A DNA stretch of 64,000 bases from an uncultured Chloroflexia bacterium (GTDB lineage: Bacteria > Chloroflexota > Limnocylindria > Limnocylindrales > CSP1-4), in the NCBI GenBank assembly GCA_963746845.1, contig CAVVCZ010000004.1:64001-128000 (forward strand). The letters are read 5' to 3'. Under the pieces are notes generated by a model. That model saw nothing but the letters and a program-made list of their open reading frames with translations. It was not told where the DNA came from and searched no databases. Position 1 is the stretch's first letter. Each line of letters opens with the position of its first letter. Below are positions 38,683 to 48,325 of the stretch, in pieces. Position numbers and translations under genes: made by a program.

Positions 38683-39381
38683 ATGACAATCGGCGATGGC
38701 GACGATCGGCACGCCGGACCCGCGCCGGCGTGCGGACCCGGCTGCGCGTGCTCGGTCGGGAACGAGTTCGGCGAGAAGTCGGCCCAGCGCGACCTGCGGG
38801 CCTATCGCCGGTCCGGCCCGGACCGGACCACGCGCTGGCTCATCGAGGGGCTGCGTGGGGCGGGGCCTGCCGGCGTCGCGGGCATGACCGTGCTGGACAT
38901 CGGCGCCGGCGTGGGCGCGGTCCACCTGGAGCTGCTGAAGGCGGGCGCCGCGTCCGCGGTCGACGTCGACGGCTCGCCCGCCTACGTGACGACCGCGATC
39001 GGCGAGGCGGCCCGCCAGGGCGTCGCGGATCGCGTCGAGCACCGGGCCGGCGACTTCGTGGAGCTGGCACCGGCCGTCGCGCCGGCGGACCTCGTCGCCC
39101 TCGACCGGGTCGTCTGCTGCTACCCGGACATGCGGGAGCTGGTCGGGCTGTCCGCGGCGCGGGCCGGCCGCCGGTACGGGCTCGTCTACCCGCGCGACTC
39201 GTGGTGGGTCCGCGGCGGCGGCGCGGTCTTCAACGCGACCCTGCGACTGTTCCGGCGGCGCCTGCGCATGTACATCCACCCGACGGCCGACGTCGAGGCG
39301 ATCGTCCGGGCGGCGGGCCTCCAGCCCGCGTTCCGCCGGCAGACCCTCTTCTGGCAGGTCGCGGTCTACGAGCGCGGCTGA
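38683..39381 (+). CDS. Class I SAM-dependent methyltransferase (BchM-like)
   Basis: VLDIGAGVG, GDFV, LDRVVCCYPD. Confidence 0.85.
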   Translation: MTIGDGDDRHAGPAPACGPGCACSVGNEFGEKSAQRDLRAYRRSGPDRTTRWLIEGLRGAGPAGVAGMTVLDIGAGVGAVHLELLKAGAASAVDVDGSPAYVTTAIGEAARQGVADRVEHRAGDFVELAPAVAPADLVALDRVVCCYPDMRELVGLSAARAGRRYGLVYPRDSWWVRGGGAVFNATLRLFRRRLRMYIHPTADVEAIVRAAGLQPAFRRQTLFWQVAVYERG

Positions 39382-39403
39382 GCCGCCGCCGACTCCAGGC
39401 TCG

Positions 39404-40963
39404 TCAGCTCGGCGGGTAGCCGGTGATCGCCATGATCTCCTCGTAGAGCGGCTTCAGGCGCTCGTACATCCGGCGGTAGACGCGGCGGTACAGCTGGTCG
39501 TACAGGTGGTGGCGGGCCGGATCCGGATCGACCGTCTCGACGACTCGCGTCATCGCGCCGATCGCGGCCTCGAACGACGGGTGCAGCCCGAGCCCCACCG
39601 CCGCGTCGATCGCCGCCCCGAGGCCGGATGTCTCGTGGGTGTGCGGCCGCCCCGTCGGCAGGCCGAAGATGTCGGCGGTCAGCTGGACGGCGGCGAAGGA
39701 CTGGGAGCCGCCGCCGGAGACCCGCAGCTCGCGGAGCGGGGTCTTCGCTCGGGCCGCGGCACGCTCGCCGCCCTCGCGCAGGGCGAACGCGAGGCCCTCG
39801 AGGATCGCCCGGTAGATGTGGGCCCGCGTGTGGACGTCGCCGAATCCGATCAGCGCGCCCTTCGCCTCGGGTCCCGGGATCCGGACGCCGGGCGTCCAGG
39901 TCGGCTGGAGGAGGAGACCCATCGAGCCGGGCTCGGTCGCCCGGATCAGGTCGTCGAAGAGCGCCTCCGGGGCGACGCCGAGCGTCTCGCCCTGGGCGAC
40001 CTCGGCCGCCCCGAACTGGCGCTTGAACCAGTCGACGAGCCAGTAGCCGCGGTAGACCTGGACCTCGAGGCTCCACGCGCCGGGCACGGCGGCCGGGTAG
40101 GGCGGGACGAGCGGGATCGCCTCGACGTATCGGCGCTGGGTCGTGTTGATCGTCGCGGTCGTCCCGTACGACAGCGACCCGATGTGCGGCTCGAGGGCGC
40201 CCGAGCCGATCACCTCGCACGCCTTGTCCGCCGCCGCGGCGACGACGGGCGTGCCGGCCGGCAGGCCGACGACGCTCGCCGCCTCGGTCGTCAGCTCGCC
40301 GAGCCGGTCGCCGGGCGCCACCAGCTCCGGCAGCCACGACGGATCGATCGGGGCGGCCACCCAGCGCCAGTCGCCGGTCTTCGCCCAGGCGAGTCGCTTG
40401 TAGTCGAACGGCACGTACCCGACCTGCGCCGCGAGCAAATCGACGAACCGCCCGGTCAGCCGGTGCGACAGCCAGCCCGACAGCAGGAGGTAGTGCCGGA
40501 TCCGCGTCCACGTGGCAGGCTCGTTCGCCCGGAGCCAGTTCGCTTCGCAGTCGGCCTGGAACGCCGCGACGGTCCGCCGGACGCCGAGCGCCCGGAACGC
40601 CAGCCCGGTGACCCCGCCGATCTCCGGCACATCCTCGGCGCGCCGCTGGTCGAGCCAGACCAGCGCGGGTCGGAGGGGCGTGCCGGCCTCGTCGGTCACG
40701 ACGACGGTGGCTCGCTGGGTCGTCAGGGCGACACCGGCGATCAAGTCGCGCCGGGCCTCCCCGCCGGCCCACAGCGCGGCGCACGCCTCGCCGATCGACC
40801 GCCAGTAGAGATCGGCGTCCTGCTCGGCCCAGCCCGGCTGGGGGGAAACGTACGGCTCGATCGGGATCCGGGATCGCGCGACCAGGGCGCCGGTCGCGTC
40901 GAAGACGAGCGCGCGCACGCTCTGCGTCCCGACGTCGATCGCGAGGAGGCGATCCCCGCTCAT
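39404..40963 (-). CDS. FGGY-family carbohydrate kinase
   Basis: LAIDVGTQSVRA, GWAEQD, WLDQR, ADKAC, RAILEG, VSGGGS. Confidence 0.92.
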   Translation of the reverse strand: MSGDRLLAIDVGTQSVRALVFDATGALVARSRIPIEPYVSPQPGWAEQDADLYWRSIGEACAALWAGGEARRDLIAGVALTTQRATVVVTDEAGTPLRPALVWLDQRRAEDVPEIGGVTGLAFRALGVRRTVAAFQADCEANWLRANEPATWTRIRHYLLLSGWLSHRLTGRFVDLLAAQVGYVPFDYKRLAWAKTGDWRWVAAPIDPSWLPELVAPGDRLGELTTEAASVVGLPAGTPVVAAAADKACEVIGSGALEPHIGSLSYGTTATINTTQRRYVEAIPLVPPYPAAVPGAWSLEVQVYRGYWLVDWFKRQFGAAEVAQGETLGVAPEALFDDLIRATEPGSMGLLLQPTWTPGVRIPGPEAKGALIGFGDVHTRAHIYRAILEGLAFALREGGERAAARAKTPLRELRVSGGGSQSFAAVQLTADIFGLPTGRPHTHETSGLGAAIDAAVGLGLHPSFEAAIGAMTRVVETVDPDPARHHLYDQLYRRVYRRMYERLKPLYEEIMAITGYPPS

Positions 40964-42570
40964 GGCAGGAGCACGCCCGGGTTCAGCAGCCCGTCCGGGT
41001 CGAGCCGCCCGCGGACCGCCTCGAGGGCCGCGAGCCCCAGCTCGCCCTTCTCCGCGGCGAGCCACCGCCGATGGTCGCGCCCGACCCCGTGCTGGTGGCT
41101 GATCGTCCCGCCGTGGGCGACGATCACGTCGCTCGCCGCGGTCTTCAACCGCCGCCAGCGATCCAGCGTCTCGTCCGGATCGGCGGCGATTCGGAAGACG
41201 TAGGTCGCGTACAGGCTCGAGCCGCTCGGGTAGACGTGCGACAGGTGGCTGAACGCGTGGACGCGCTCGCCGACGTCGTCCAGGGCGTGGCGGAGCGTCC
41301 GGCCGAGATCCGCCGCCAGATCCGGCAGCCGCGACCACGCGACGGCGGTCTCGAGCGTGTCGATCGCGTAGCCGAGCGCCCAGAGCGCGTCCCGCAGGTC
41401 CGGGACCCGGAACCGGTTCCGCAGCCACTGCTTGCCGATCGACCCGCCGACGCCCGTCCCGCCGTGCTGCCGGACGATCGTGCCGGCCTCGCGGACCGCG
41501 TTCTCGACGATCTTCTCCTCGCCGCTGGCCATCACGATCAGGAGGCACGGCTCCGGACCGATCCGGCGGAAGCGGAGGTAGCCGCGCAACGCGTCGAGCC
41601 CGCGGGTCTCGCCGGCGAGGGCGAGCGTCGTCGCCGTCTCGATCGGGGTCGAGACGCGGACCATCGAGAGGGGCAGGCCGGCGCGGGCGATCAACCGGGC
41701 GGCCTCGAGCGCGCGCGGCCACTCCCCGAGGAACCAGGCCGGGGTCGCCTCGACGCGCGGCTTTGGGAAGACGCGCACGATCGCCTCGGTCACGATCCCG
41801 AAGCGGCCCTCGGACCCGAGCACGAGCTGGCGCAGGTCGGGTCCGGCGGCGGACGCCGGATGCGGCGCCAGCGCGATCCTCCCGGATGGCGCCTCGACAC
41901 GGCCGCCGGCGAACAGGTCCTCGATCCGACCGAAGCCGATCGACTGCTGCCCGGCCGAGCGTGCCGCCACCCAGCCGCCGACCGTCGATCGTTCCCAGGA
42001 CTGCGGGAAGTGGCCCAGCGTCAGGCGGCGGGGCGCGAGGGCGGCCTCGAGCTCCGGGCCGAGCGTGCCGGCGCCGAACGTCGCGAGCCCGCTCGTCTCG
42101 TCGAGCCGGACGAGCCCGGCGAGCCGGTCCATCGCAACCGTCACCGCCGGCCGATCGTCGTCCGGGTCCGGGCTCACGCCACCGACGACGCTCGTCCCGC
42201 CGCCGAAGGGAACGAGCGTGAAGCTGCGCCTCGCCGCGGCGCCGAAGAGCTCGCGCACCTCGTCGCTCCCGGCCGGCCGCGCGACGGCGTCCGGCACGCG
42301 CCCGAGACGCCCGCTCCGGAGCGCCACCCAGTCGGGCAGGCTCTGGCCGCGCGCGTGCCGGATCCGATCGACGGGATCGGTCGACCAGTCCCCGTCCGCC
42401 AGCCGCGAGGCCGGGACCGACGCGATGACCTCGGCGAGCGTGGCGTCGCGCGGCGTCGTCCCCACGCCGATCTCGGCCTCGAGGAGTCGGAGCGCCCCGG
42501 GCGCGACCGCCGGCAGCGTCGCGTCCTCGTCGACCCACCCGTTCCAGCGCCGAACGCCCACGTCGCCCAT
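40960..42570 (-). CDS. FAD-linked oxidase, alkyldihydroxyacetonephosphate synthase-like
   Basis: PFGGGTSVVGG, LGHFPQS, STVGGW, GSEGRFG, HLSHVY, ISHQHGVG, LNPG. Confidence 0.88.
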   Translation of the reverse strand: MGDVGVRRWNGWVDEDATLPAVAPGALRLLEAEIGVGTTPRDATLAEVIASVPASRLADGDWSTDPVDRIRHARGQSLPDWVALRSGRLGRVPDAVARPAGSDEVRELFGAAARRSFTLVPFGGGTSVVGGVSPDPDDDRPAVTVAMDRLAGLVRLDETSGLATFGAGTLGPELEAALAPRRLTLGHFPQSWERSTVGGWVAARSAGQQSIGFGRIEDLFAGGRVEAPSGRIALAPHPASAAGPDLRQLVLGSEGRFGIVTEAIVRVFPKPRVEATPAWFLGEWPRALEAARLIARAGLPLSMVRVSTPIETATTLALAGETRGLDALRGYLRFRRIGPEPCLLIVMASGEEKIVENAVREAGTIVRQHGGTGVGGSIGKQWLRNRFRVPDLRDALWALGYAIDTLETAVAWSRLPDLAADLGRTLRHALDDVGERVHAFSHLSHVYPSGSSLYATYVFRIAADPDETLDRWRRLKTAASDVIVAHGGTISHQHGVGRDHRRWLAAEKGELGLAALEAVRGRLDPDGLLNPGVLLP

Positions 42571-42645
42571 GGTGCGCCACCGGCGGGCACGCCTGTCGCA
42601 CCGAACCGGCGACTGCTCGGCCGCGCGCCTTCCCGGGTCGTCAGC

Positions 42646-43380
42646 TCAGAACGGCGGCCAGGGAATTGCCGGCCAGTCCGGGCGGGGGAGGGGGAAGCGG
42701 CCGGTCTCCAGGAGCAGGTCCACCCGACGCCGGGTCGCGGCGATCTCTCCGCGCGACAGGAGCCCCGCGAGGTCCGCCGCGAGCGGTCCGCGCAGGGCGT
42801 CCGCCAGCCGGGTCAGTCCCGCCCGCTCGTCCGGGGCGAATGGCCGGCCGCGCCAGCCCCACAGCACGGTCCGGAGCTTCGGCACGGTGGAGAACGTCAC
42901 GCCGTGGTCCACCCCGTACACATGCCCGCCGGACACCGGGAGCAGGTGGCCGCCCTTCCGGTCCGTGTTGTTCACGGCCGCGTCGAAGACCGCGATCCGA
43001 CGGAGCCGTCGGTCGTCCTCGACGACCATCCCGACCACGTCGACCGTCGGATCGATGTCGACCCAGAGCTGGAGCGCCCCGTCCCCGAACGGTCCGTCCC
43101 GACGGATCGTCGGCGGCACGATCGCCCAGCCCATCGCCTCGCTCACGAGGAACGCGGCGACCTCGCGGTGGGAGAGCGTCTCGTCGGGGAAGTCATCGAG
43201 GGGTCGCTCGCCGGCCGTCGGCTTGTAGACCGCCTCGACGACGGTCGACTCGCCGGGCTCGGGGCAGGGCAGGCTCACCCGGCAGAGCATCGCGTGGTTG
43301 GACGAACCGAGCAGCCGACCGAGGACCTCGATCTCGCCCTCGCCCAGCACCTCGAGGGCGCGTGGCGTGTCGATCAGCAT
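42646..43380 (-). CDS. SCO1664 family protein (PI3/4-kinase-like)
   Basis: YKP..GERPL.DFP..L..REVAAF, NNTDRKGGH, DHG, LRTVLWGW, IPWPPF. Confidence 0.9.
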   Translation of the reverse strand: MLIDTPRALEVLGEGEIEVLGRLLGSSNHAMLCRVSLPCPEPGESTVVEAVYKPTAGERPLDDFPDETLSHREVAAFLVSEAMGWAIVPPTIRRDGPFGDGALQLWVDIDPTVDVVGMVVEDDRRLRRIAVFDAAVNNTDRKGGHLLPVSGGHVYGVDHGVTFSTVPKLRTVLWGWRGRPFAPDERAGLTRLADALRGPLAADLAGLLSRGEIAATRRRVDLLLETGRFPLPRPDWPAIPWPPF

Positions 43381-43408
43381 CGGACGGGCTCGCCCGGACG
43401 GTCCGCGG

Positions 43409-44080
43409 TCAGTTGACGTAGTGGCCGTTGCGCCGCGGGCAGATGTGGCCCTGCGGGTCGAGCGGCTGGCCACACAGCGGGCACGGGAGCCGTCCGGCCG
43501 CCACGACCGTCAACGCCCGGTTCACGAACCCGCGCGCCTCCGACGGGGTGAGCCGCACACGGAGCGTGTCGGGCCCCTCGTCGTCATCGTCGTCGTCGAC
43601 GCCCTCGAAGGCGGCCATCAGCTCGCCGGCCTGCGACGCCACGAGGCCCTCGATCGACGAGAGGTCGATCACCGTCTCGCCTTCGCCGCCCTCGTCCTCG
43701 TCGTCATCGGCCGCGCCCTCCGCGTCCTCGTCCTCGTCCTCGTCGTCCTCGGCGCGGGCCTCGACCAGGATCCGTTCGTCGTCGCCGTCCCAGCCGAGGG
43801 TGAGCGTCGTCGCCCGGAACGCCTCGGTGATCGGCTCATCGAGCGGGTCGCCGTCCGCCGGCGCGTCGTCGGTCGCGGGGCTGATGCCGCGCGACTCGAG
43901 CTCGTCGAGGAGGACGCCGAGGCGCTCGGCCAGGACGGCGACCTGGACCTTCTCGAGCACGACCGACACGACCTGGCCGGCCCGGCGGGCCTGCAGGAAG
44001 AACGTCCGGCTGCCGGGCCTGCCGACCGTGCCGGCGACGAATCGGTCGGGTGGATCGAAGACGAAGACGCGTCGAGGCAT
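43409..44080 (-). CDS. DUF3090 family protein
   Basis: FVAGTVGRPGSRTFFLQA, LEKVQV, C-terminal GRLPCPLCGQPLDPQGHICPRRNG. Confidence 0.9.
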   Translation of the reverse strand: MPRRVFVFDPPDRFVAGTVGRPGSRTFFLQARRAGQVVSVVLEKVQVAVLAERLGVLLDELESRGISPATDDAPADGDPLDEPITEAFRATTLTLGWDGDDERILVEARAEDDEDEDEDAEGAADDDEDEGGEGETVIDLSSIEGLVASQAGELMAAFEGVDDDDDDEGPDTLRVRLTPSEARGFVNRALTVVAAGRLPCPLCGQPLDPQGHICPRRNGHYVN

Positions 44081-44159
44081 CACCGGACTGTACCTGCTCG
44101 ACCGGCTTGGCACCGTCGGAGGCCCGTGGCCCAGGCGCGGGTCGGGTGCGTCACGCGCG

Positions 44160-45777
44160 TCAGCCAACCGTCACCTGGATCGTGTGGTGGCCGCGCGCGC
44201 CATCCGGTGCCGGCGGCGTGCGGTCCGCCGTCTGGACGGCACCCGTGCCATCGGTCGCGCGGACCTCGATCAGGTGCGGACCGGGCGTGACCGCGGACGC
44301 GTCCCACGCGACGAGCCACTGGACCCACGTCGCGTCCGAGATCGGCGTCGAGAGCGTCGCGGGCAGCCAGTCGCCCTGATCGATGGCGACCTCGACCTTC
44401 GAGATGCCGCGGTCCGGCGCCCAGGCGATGCCCGCGATCGGCACCCGTCCGGCAGGAACGGTGTCCCCGTTGCCCGGGACGTCGATCCGGGACTGGGTGA
44501 GGATCGGACCTTCCTTGGCCCAGCCGAGCGGCACCCAGTAGCCGTCGAAGGCCTCCAGAGTCGTGAGCTCGAGGTCGCTCAGCCACTTCGTCGCCGACAC
44601 GTAGCCGTACAGACCGGGCACGATCAGCCGCGCCGGGAAGCCGTGGACCCGCGGCAGCGGCTCGTCGTTCATCTTCAGGGCGATCATCGGCTCGCGGCTC
44701 GGGTCCATGACCCACGCCGTCGGCATGCCCGCGGTCCAGCCGTCGACCGACCGCCCGACGAGCTGCGTCGCCCCGGGCTGGACGCCGGCCATCGCGAGCA
44801 CGTCCCGGAGCCGGACGCCGGTCCATTTCGTGTTTCCCGACGAGACCCCCGCCGACCTCGTTGCTGACGCACGAGATCGTCACGTACTGCTCGACGATCG
44901 GGAGCTCGGCGAGGTCCGCGTAGGCGAGGCTGACCTCGTGGTCGACCATCCCGTGGACCCGCAGCTTCCAGGTCGACGCGTCGACGCTCGGGGCGATCAG
45001 CGCGGTGTCGATCCGGTAGAAGTCGTCGTTCGGGATCACGAGCGGGGTGATCCCGGCCTGCTGGAGCTCGGCGCCCGCGGGTATCGTCGCGAGCTCGACC
45101 GGGGCCGGCAGCGTGATCGGCTTGCCGCCGGCGGTCGGCGTGGTACCCGAGAGGCTCCCCTCGAGGAGCCGGCGTCCCACGAGACCCACGACGGTCGAGG
45201 CGACGGCGATGCCGCCCGCCTGCATCAGGAACGAGCGACGCGACCAGCTCGGCATCGCGGCGTCGCGCCGGGTCCGTCCGGTCCCCCGTGCGGCGCCCGA
45301 TGCGCCGGCGGTGCCGAGCAGGAACGACAGGGTCTGGATCCCGGCGACGGCCCCGACCAGTGCGACGATGATCGCGGTCGTCGGCGTCGCGGTCGGCGAT
45401 CCGAGCGCGGCCAGGAACCCCGCGAGCGCGAACGCGCCGATCCCGACGGCGCCGATCGTGAACGACCAGCGAACCGCGGCGATCCCGAGCAGCGCACCGA
45501 TCGCGAGCGCGACGACGAGGATCAGGACCTCGAGCGCGAGCTTGTCGTTCGTCCCGAACAACCCGACCACGAAGTCCTTCGCGCCGGGCGGCTGATGGTC
45601 GATGACGAACTCGCCGATCGAGGCGAGGAGGGACGGACCGCCGAGGAAGCCTGCCACGAGCTCCGACGCACCGATCCCGGCGAGGGCGGCGACCGCGCCG
45701 GACACGGACGGCCGGAGGAGACCGCCGGGCGGCGGCTCGGTCGTCGTGGCGGCGCGCGCGGCGATCGTGTCGGTCAT
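44160..45777 (-). CDS. Membrane-anchored molybdopterin oxidoreductase, sulfite oxidase family (frameshift near 44834)
   Basis: FGTNDK TMs, SRRSFL, FYRIDTAL, TISCVSNEVGG; resumes HGFPARLIVPGLYGYVSATKWL, GARGHH. Confidence 0.88.
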
Positions 45778-45819
45778 TGCAGCGATTCTTCGTCCCGAGC
45801 GTGACGTTCGGATGTCGGC

Positions 45820-46812
45820 TCAGCCACCGGCGGACCGCGTCAGTCGATCCCAGCCTGCCGCATCGCGCAGGGCGACGGCGCCGGCCACGAGGCGGTCCCG
45901 ACGCTCGCGCAGCGCGAGGAGCGCCGTTTCCGGGTCGGTCGCGACGAGCCGCACCGGGTCGCCCGGCTGGAGCTGGCCGAGGATCGGTCGGTCGGCCGCG
46001 ATCACGACGGCGACGACGCCGTAGCCGCCCGTCGTCTGGTGGTCGGCCGAGAGCACGATCGGCCGGCCGTCCGGCGGGACCTGGATCGCGCCCCAGGAGA
46101 CGCCCTGCGTCGCCGTCTCGCCTCCGATCCCGGCCTCCAGCGTGCGGCCCTCGAGCCGGACGCCGACCCGGTTGGCCGCAGCCGCGACCCGCCACGGACC
46201 CGCGACGAGGTCGTCGAGACCGTCCGCCGGGCCCGGCAGGACTCGCAGGACCCGCTCGAGCACGGCGCCACCGCCCGACTCCGCCGCGGGATCGGCCTCC
46301 GGCCAGACGAGATCCGGACCGTCCGGCCCGTCGCCGGATGCGCGGTCGGAGCGGAGCTCGTCGCCGGCGCGCAGCGGGCGTCCGTCGAGACCACCGAAGC
46401 CGGCGGCCAGGCACGTCGAGCGCGAGCCGAGGACGCGCGGCACGTCGACGCCGCCCGGGATGGCCAGGTAGCCGCGCGCACCGGCCGGGCGGTCGGCGCC
46501 CGGGATCGTGATGGTCTCGCCGGTCGCGATCGCCTGGCTCCGGCCGGGGACGAGCGGACGTCCGCCGGCACGGGCACCGAGATCGGCTCCGGCCAGAGCG
46601 ATCGTGCCGCCCACCCGGACGACGAGCGTCGGACCGACGATGGTCATCTCGAGCGCCGCGGCATCCGGCTCGTTGCCGGCGAGGAGGTTGGCCACCGCGA
46701 GACCCCACGGGTCCGCGGCGCCCGACACCGGCACGCCGAGATGGGTCCAGCCGGGGCGGCCGGCGTCCTGCACGGTCGTCAGGAGCCCGCCGTCGATGAC
46801 GTCGAGGATCAT
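45820..46812 (-). CDS. pxpC: 5-oxoprolinase subunit C
   Basis: [41 protein letters not shown]. Confidence 0.88.
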   Translation of the reverse strand: MILDVIDGGLLTTVQDAGRPGWTHLGVPVSGAADPWGLAVANLLAGNEPDAAALEMTIVGPTLVVRVGGTIALAGADLGARAGGRPLVPGRSQAIATGETITIPGADRPAGARGYLAIPGGVDVPRVLGSRSTCLAAGFGGLDGRPLRAGDELRSDRASGDGPDGPDLVWPEADPAAESGGGAVLERVLRVLPGPADGLDDLVAGPWRVAAAANRVGVRLEGRTLEAGIGGETATQGVSWGAIQVPPDGRPIVLSADHQTTGGYGVVAVVIAADRPILGQLQPGDPVRLVATDPETALLALRERRDRLVAGAVALRDAAGWDRLTRSAGG

Positions 46813-47525
46813 CCGACCGGCACGAATCGGACCGTGTCGCCGGGGTGGAGGAGGGCCGGGTCCGCGGCGCTCGCGTCGAACAGATGCCGCTCCGTCCGCC
46901 CGATCAGGTTCCAGCCGCCGGGCATGGCCAGGGGATAGACCCCGGTCTGCTCACCGGCGATCGCGACGCTGCCCGCGGGCACCCGCTCACGGGGGCTGGC
47001 CCGTCGCGGGCTCACGAGCTCCCGCGGCAGCCCGCCGAGATAGGCGAACCCGGGCGCGAACCCGAGGAACAGCACGCGGTACCGCGTGCCGGCATGCAGT
47101 GCGATGACCTCGCTCGGCCGGAGCCCGCGGGCATCCGCGATCTCCTGGAGGTCCGGACCGTCCGCGCCGCCGTAGCGAACGGGGATCTCGACGACCCGCT
47201 CCGGAGCCGCGGCCGGGCCCTCGATCGTGAACGAGGCCAGGGCGGCGGTTGCCGCGTCGCGGACGAGCGCGATCGCCTCGGCCGCTTCGATCGCCAACGG
47301 GTCGAACGGGACGAGGACCGTGGAAACGGCCGGGACCGCGCGGCCGATCCGGTCCGGCTCCGGCCATCGCTTCCCCAGGTCGTGCGCGATGACGGCCGCC
47401 CGGGCGGCCATCCACGCGACCGGATCCGGGCCGGGCTCCGGCGGCCCGGCGACGGTCACGAGCAGCGCGGCGTCGCCGAACGGATCGATCCGGAGCACGT
47501 CGCGGTCCGGGGCGTCCTCAGCCAC
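46809..47525 (-). CDS. pxpB: 5-oxoprolinase subunit B
   Basis: [41 protein letters not shown]. Confidence 0.9.
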   Translation of the reverse strand: MAEDAPDRDVLRIDPFGDAALLVTVAGPPEPGPDPVAWMAARAAVIAHDLGKRWPEPDRIGRAVPAVSTVLVPFDPLAIEAAEAIALVRDAATAALASFTIEGPAAAPERVVEIPVRYGGADGPDLQEIADARGLRPSEVIALHAGTRYRVLFLGFAPGFAYLGGLPRELVSPRRASPRERVPAGSVAIAGEQTGVYPLAMPGGWNLIGRTERHLFDASAADPALLHPGDTVRFVPVG

Positions 47526-48291
47526 GGAACGCCGCCGGCCCGAGGCCCGCGGTCTCGAGGGCGGTCCGGACCGCGCGCGCCACCGCGACCGCGTCCGGAC
47601 TGTCGCCGTGGACGCAGATCGTGTCCGCGCGCACGGCGAGCGTGGAGCCGTCCCCGGCCGTCACGACGCCGTCACGCGCGATCGACACCGCCTGGGCGGC
47701 CGCCGCCTCGGGACCAAGGAGCGCGCCGTCGAGCCGCCGCGATCGAAGGGACCCGTCCGGCTCGTAGCAGCGATCCGCGAACGCCTCCTCCGCGACGCGC
47801 AGCCCCGCCGCCCGCCCCGCAACCACGGATGCCGAACCGGCGAGCCCCACGAGGACCAGCTTCGGGTCGAGATCGCGCACGGCCCGAGCGATCGTCTCGG
47901 CCATCGCGGGATCCCCGGCGGCCCGGTTGTACATCGCCCCGTGCGGCTTCACGTGGCCCACCCGACCACCGGCGACGCGGGCACCCGCGACCACCGCCCC
48001 CACCTGGACGACGAGCGTCGCCCGGAGCTCGTCCGGCGTCAGCTCGAGGTCGCGCCGGCCGAAGCCCGCCAGGTCCGGATACCCGGGATGCGCCCCGATC
48101 GCGACCCCGTGGCGGACCGCCAGGGCGGCCGTCCGGAGGATGGTGGTGGCGTCGCCGGCGTGGGCGCCACACGCGATGTTCACGCTCGTCACGAGCGGGA
48201 CGATCGCCTCGTCCATGCCCATCGGCCACGGCCCGAACGACTCGCCGACGTCGGCGTTGAGATCGATCGCGCGGCGCTCCGTCGTCGTCAT
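47518..48291 (-). CDS. pxpA: 5-oxoprolinase subunit A (LamB/YcsF)
   Basis: [48 protein letters not shown]; own TACGAT 7 nt before ATG. Confidence 0.92.
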   Translation of the reverse strand: MTTTERRAIDLNADVGESFGPWPMGMDEAIVPLVTSVNIACGAHAGDATTILRTAALAVRHGVAIGAHPGYPDLAGFGRRDLELTPDELRATLVVQVGAVVAGARVAGGRVGHVKPHGAMYNRAAGDPAMAETIARAVRDLDPKLVLVGLAGSASVVAGRAAGLRVAEEAFADRCYEPDGSLRSRRLDGALLGPEAAAAQAVSIARDGVVTAGDGSTLAVRADTICVHGDSPDAVAVARAVRTALETAGLGPAAFRG

Positions 48292-48325
48292 CGACCGGAT
48301 CGTAGCGCCGGCCCGCCGGACCCGA

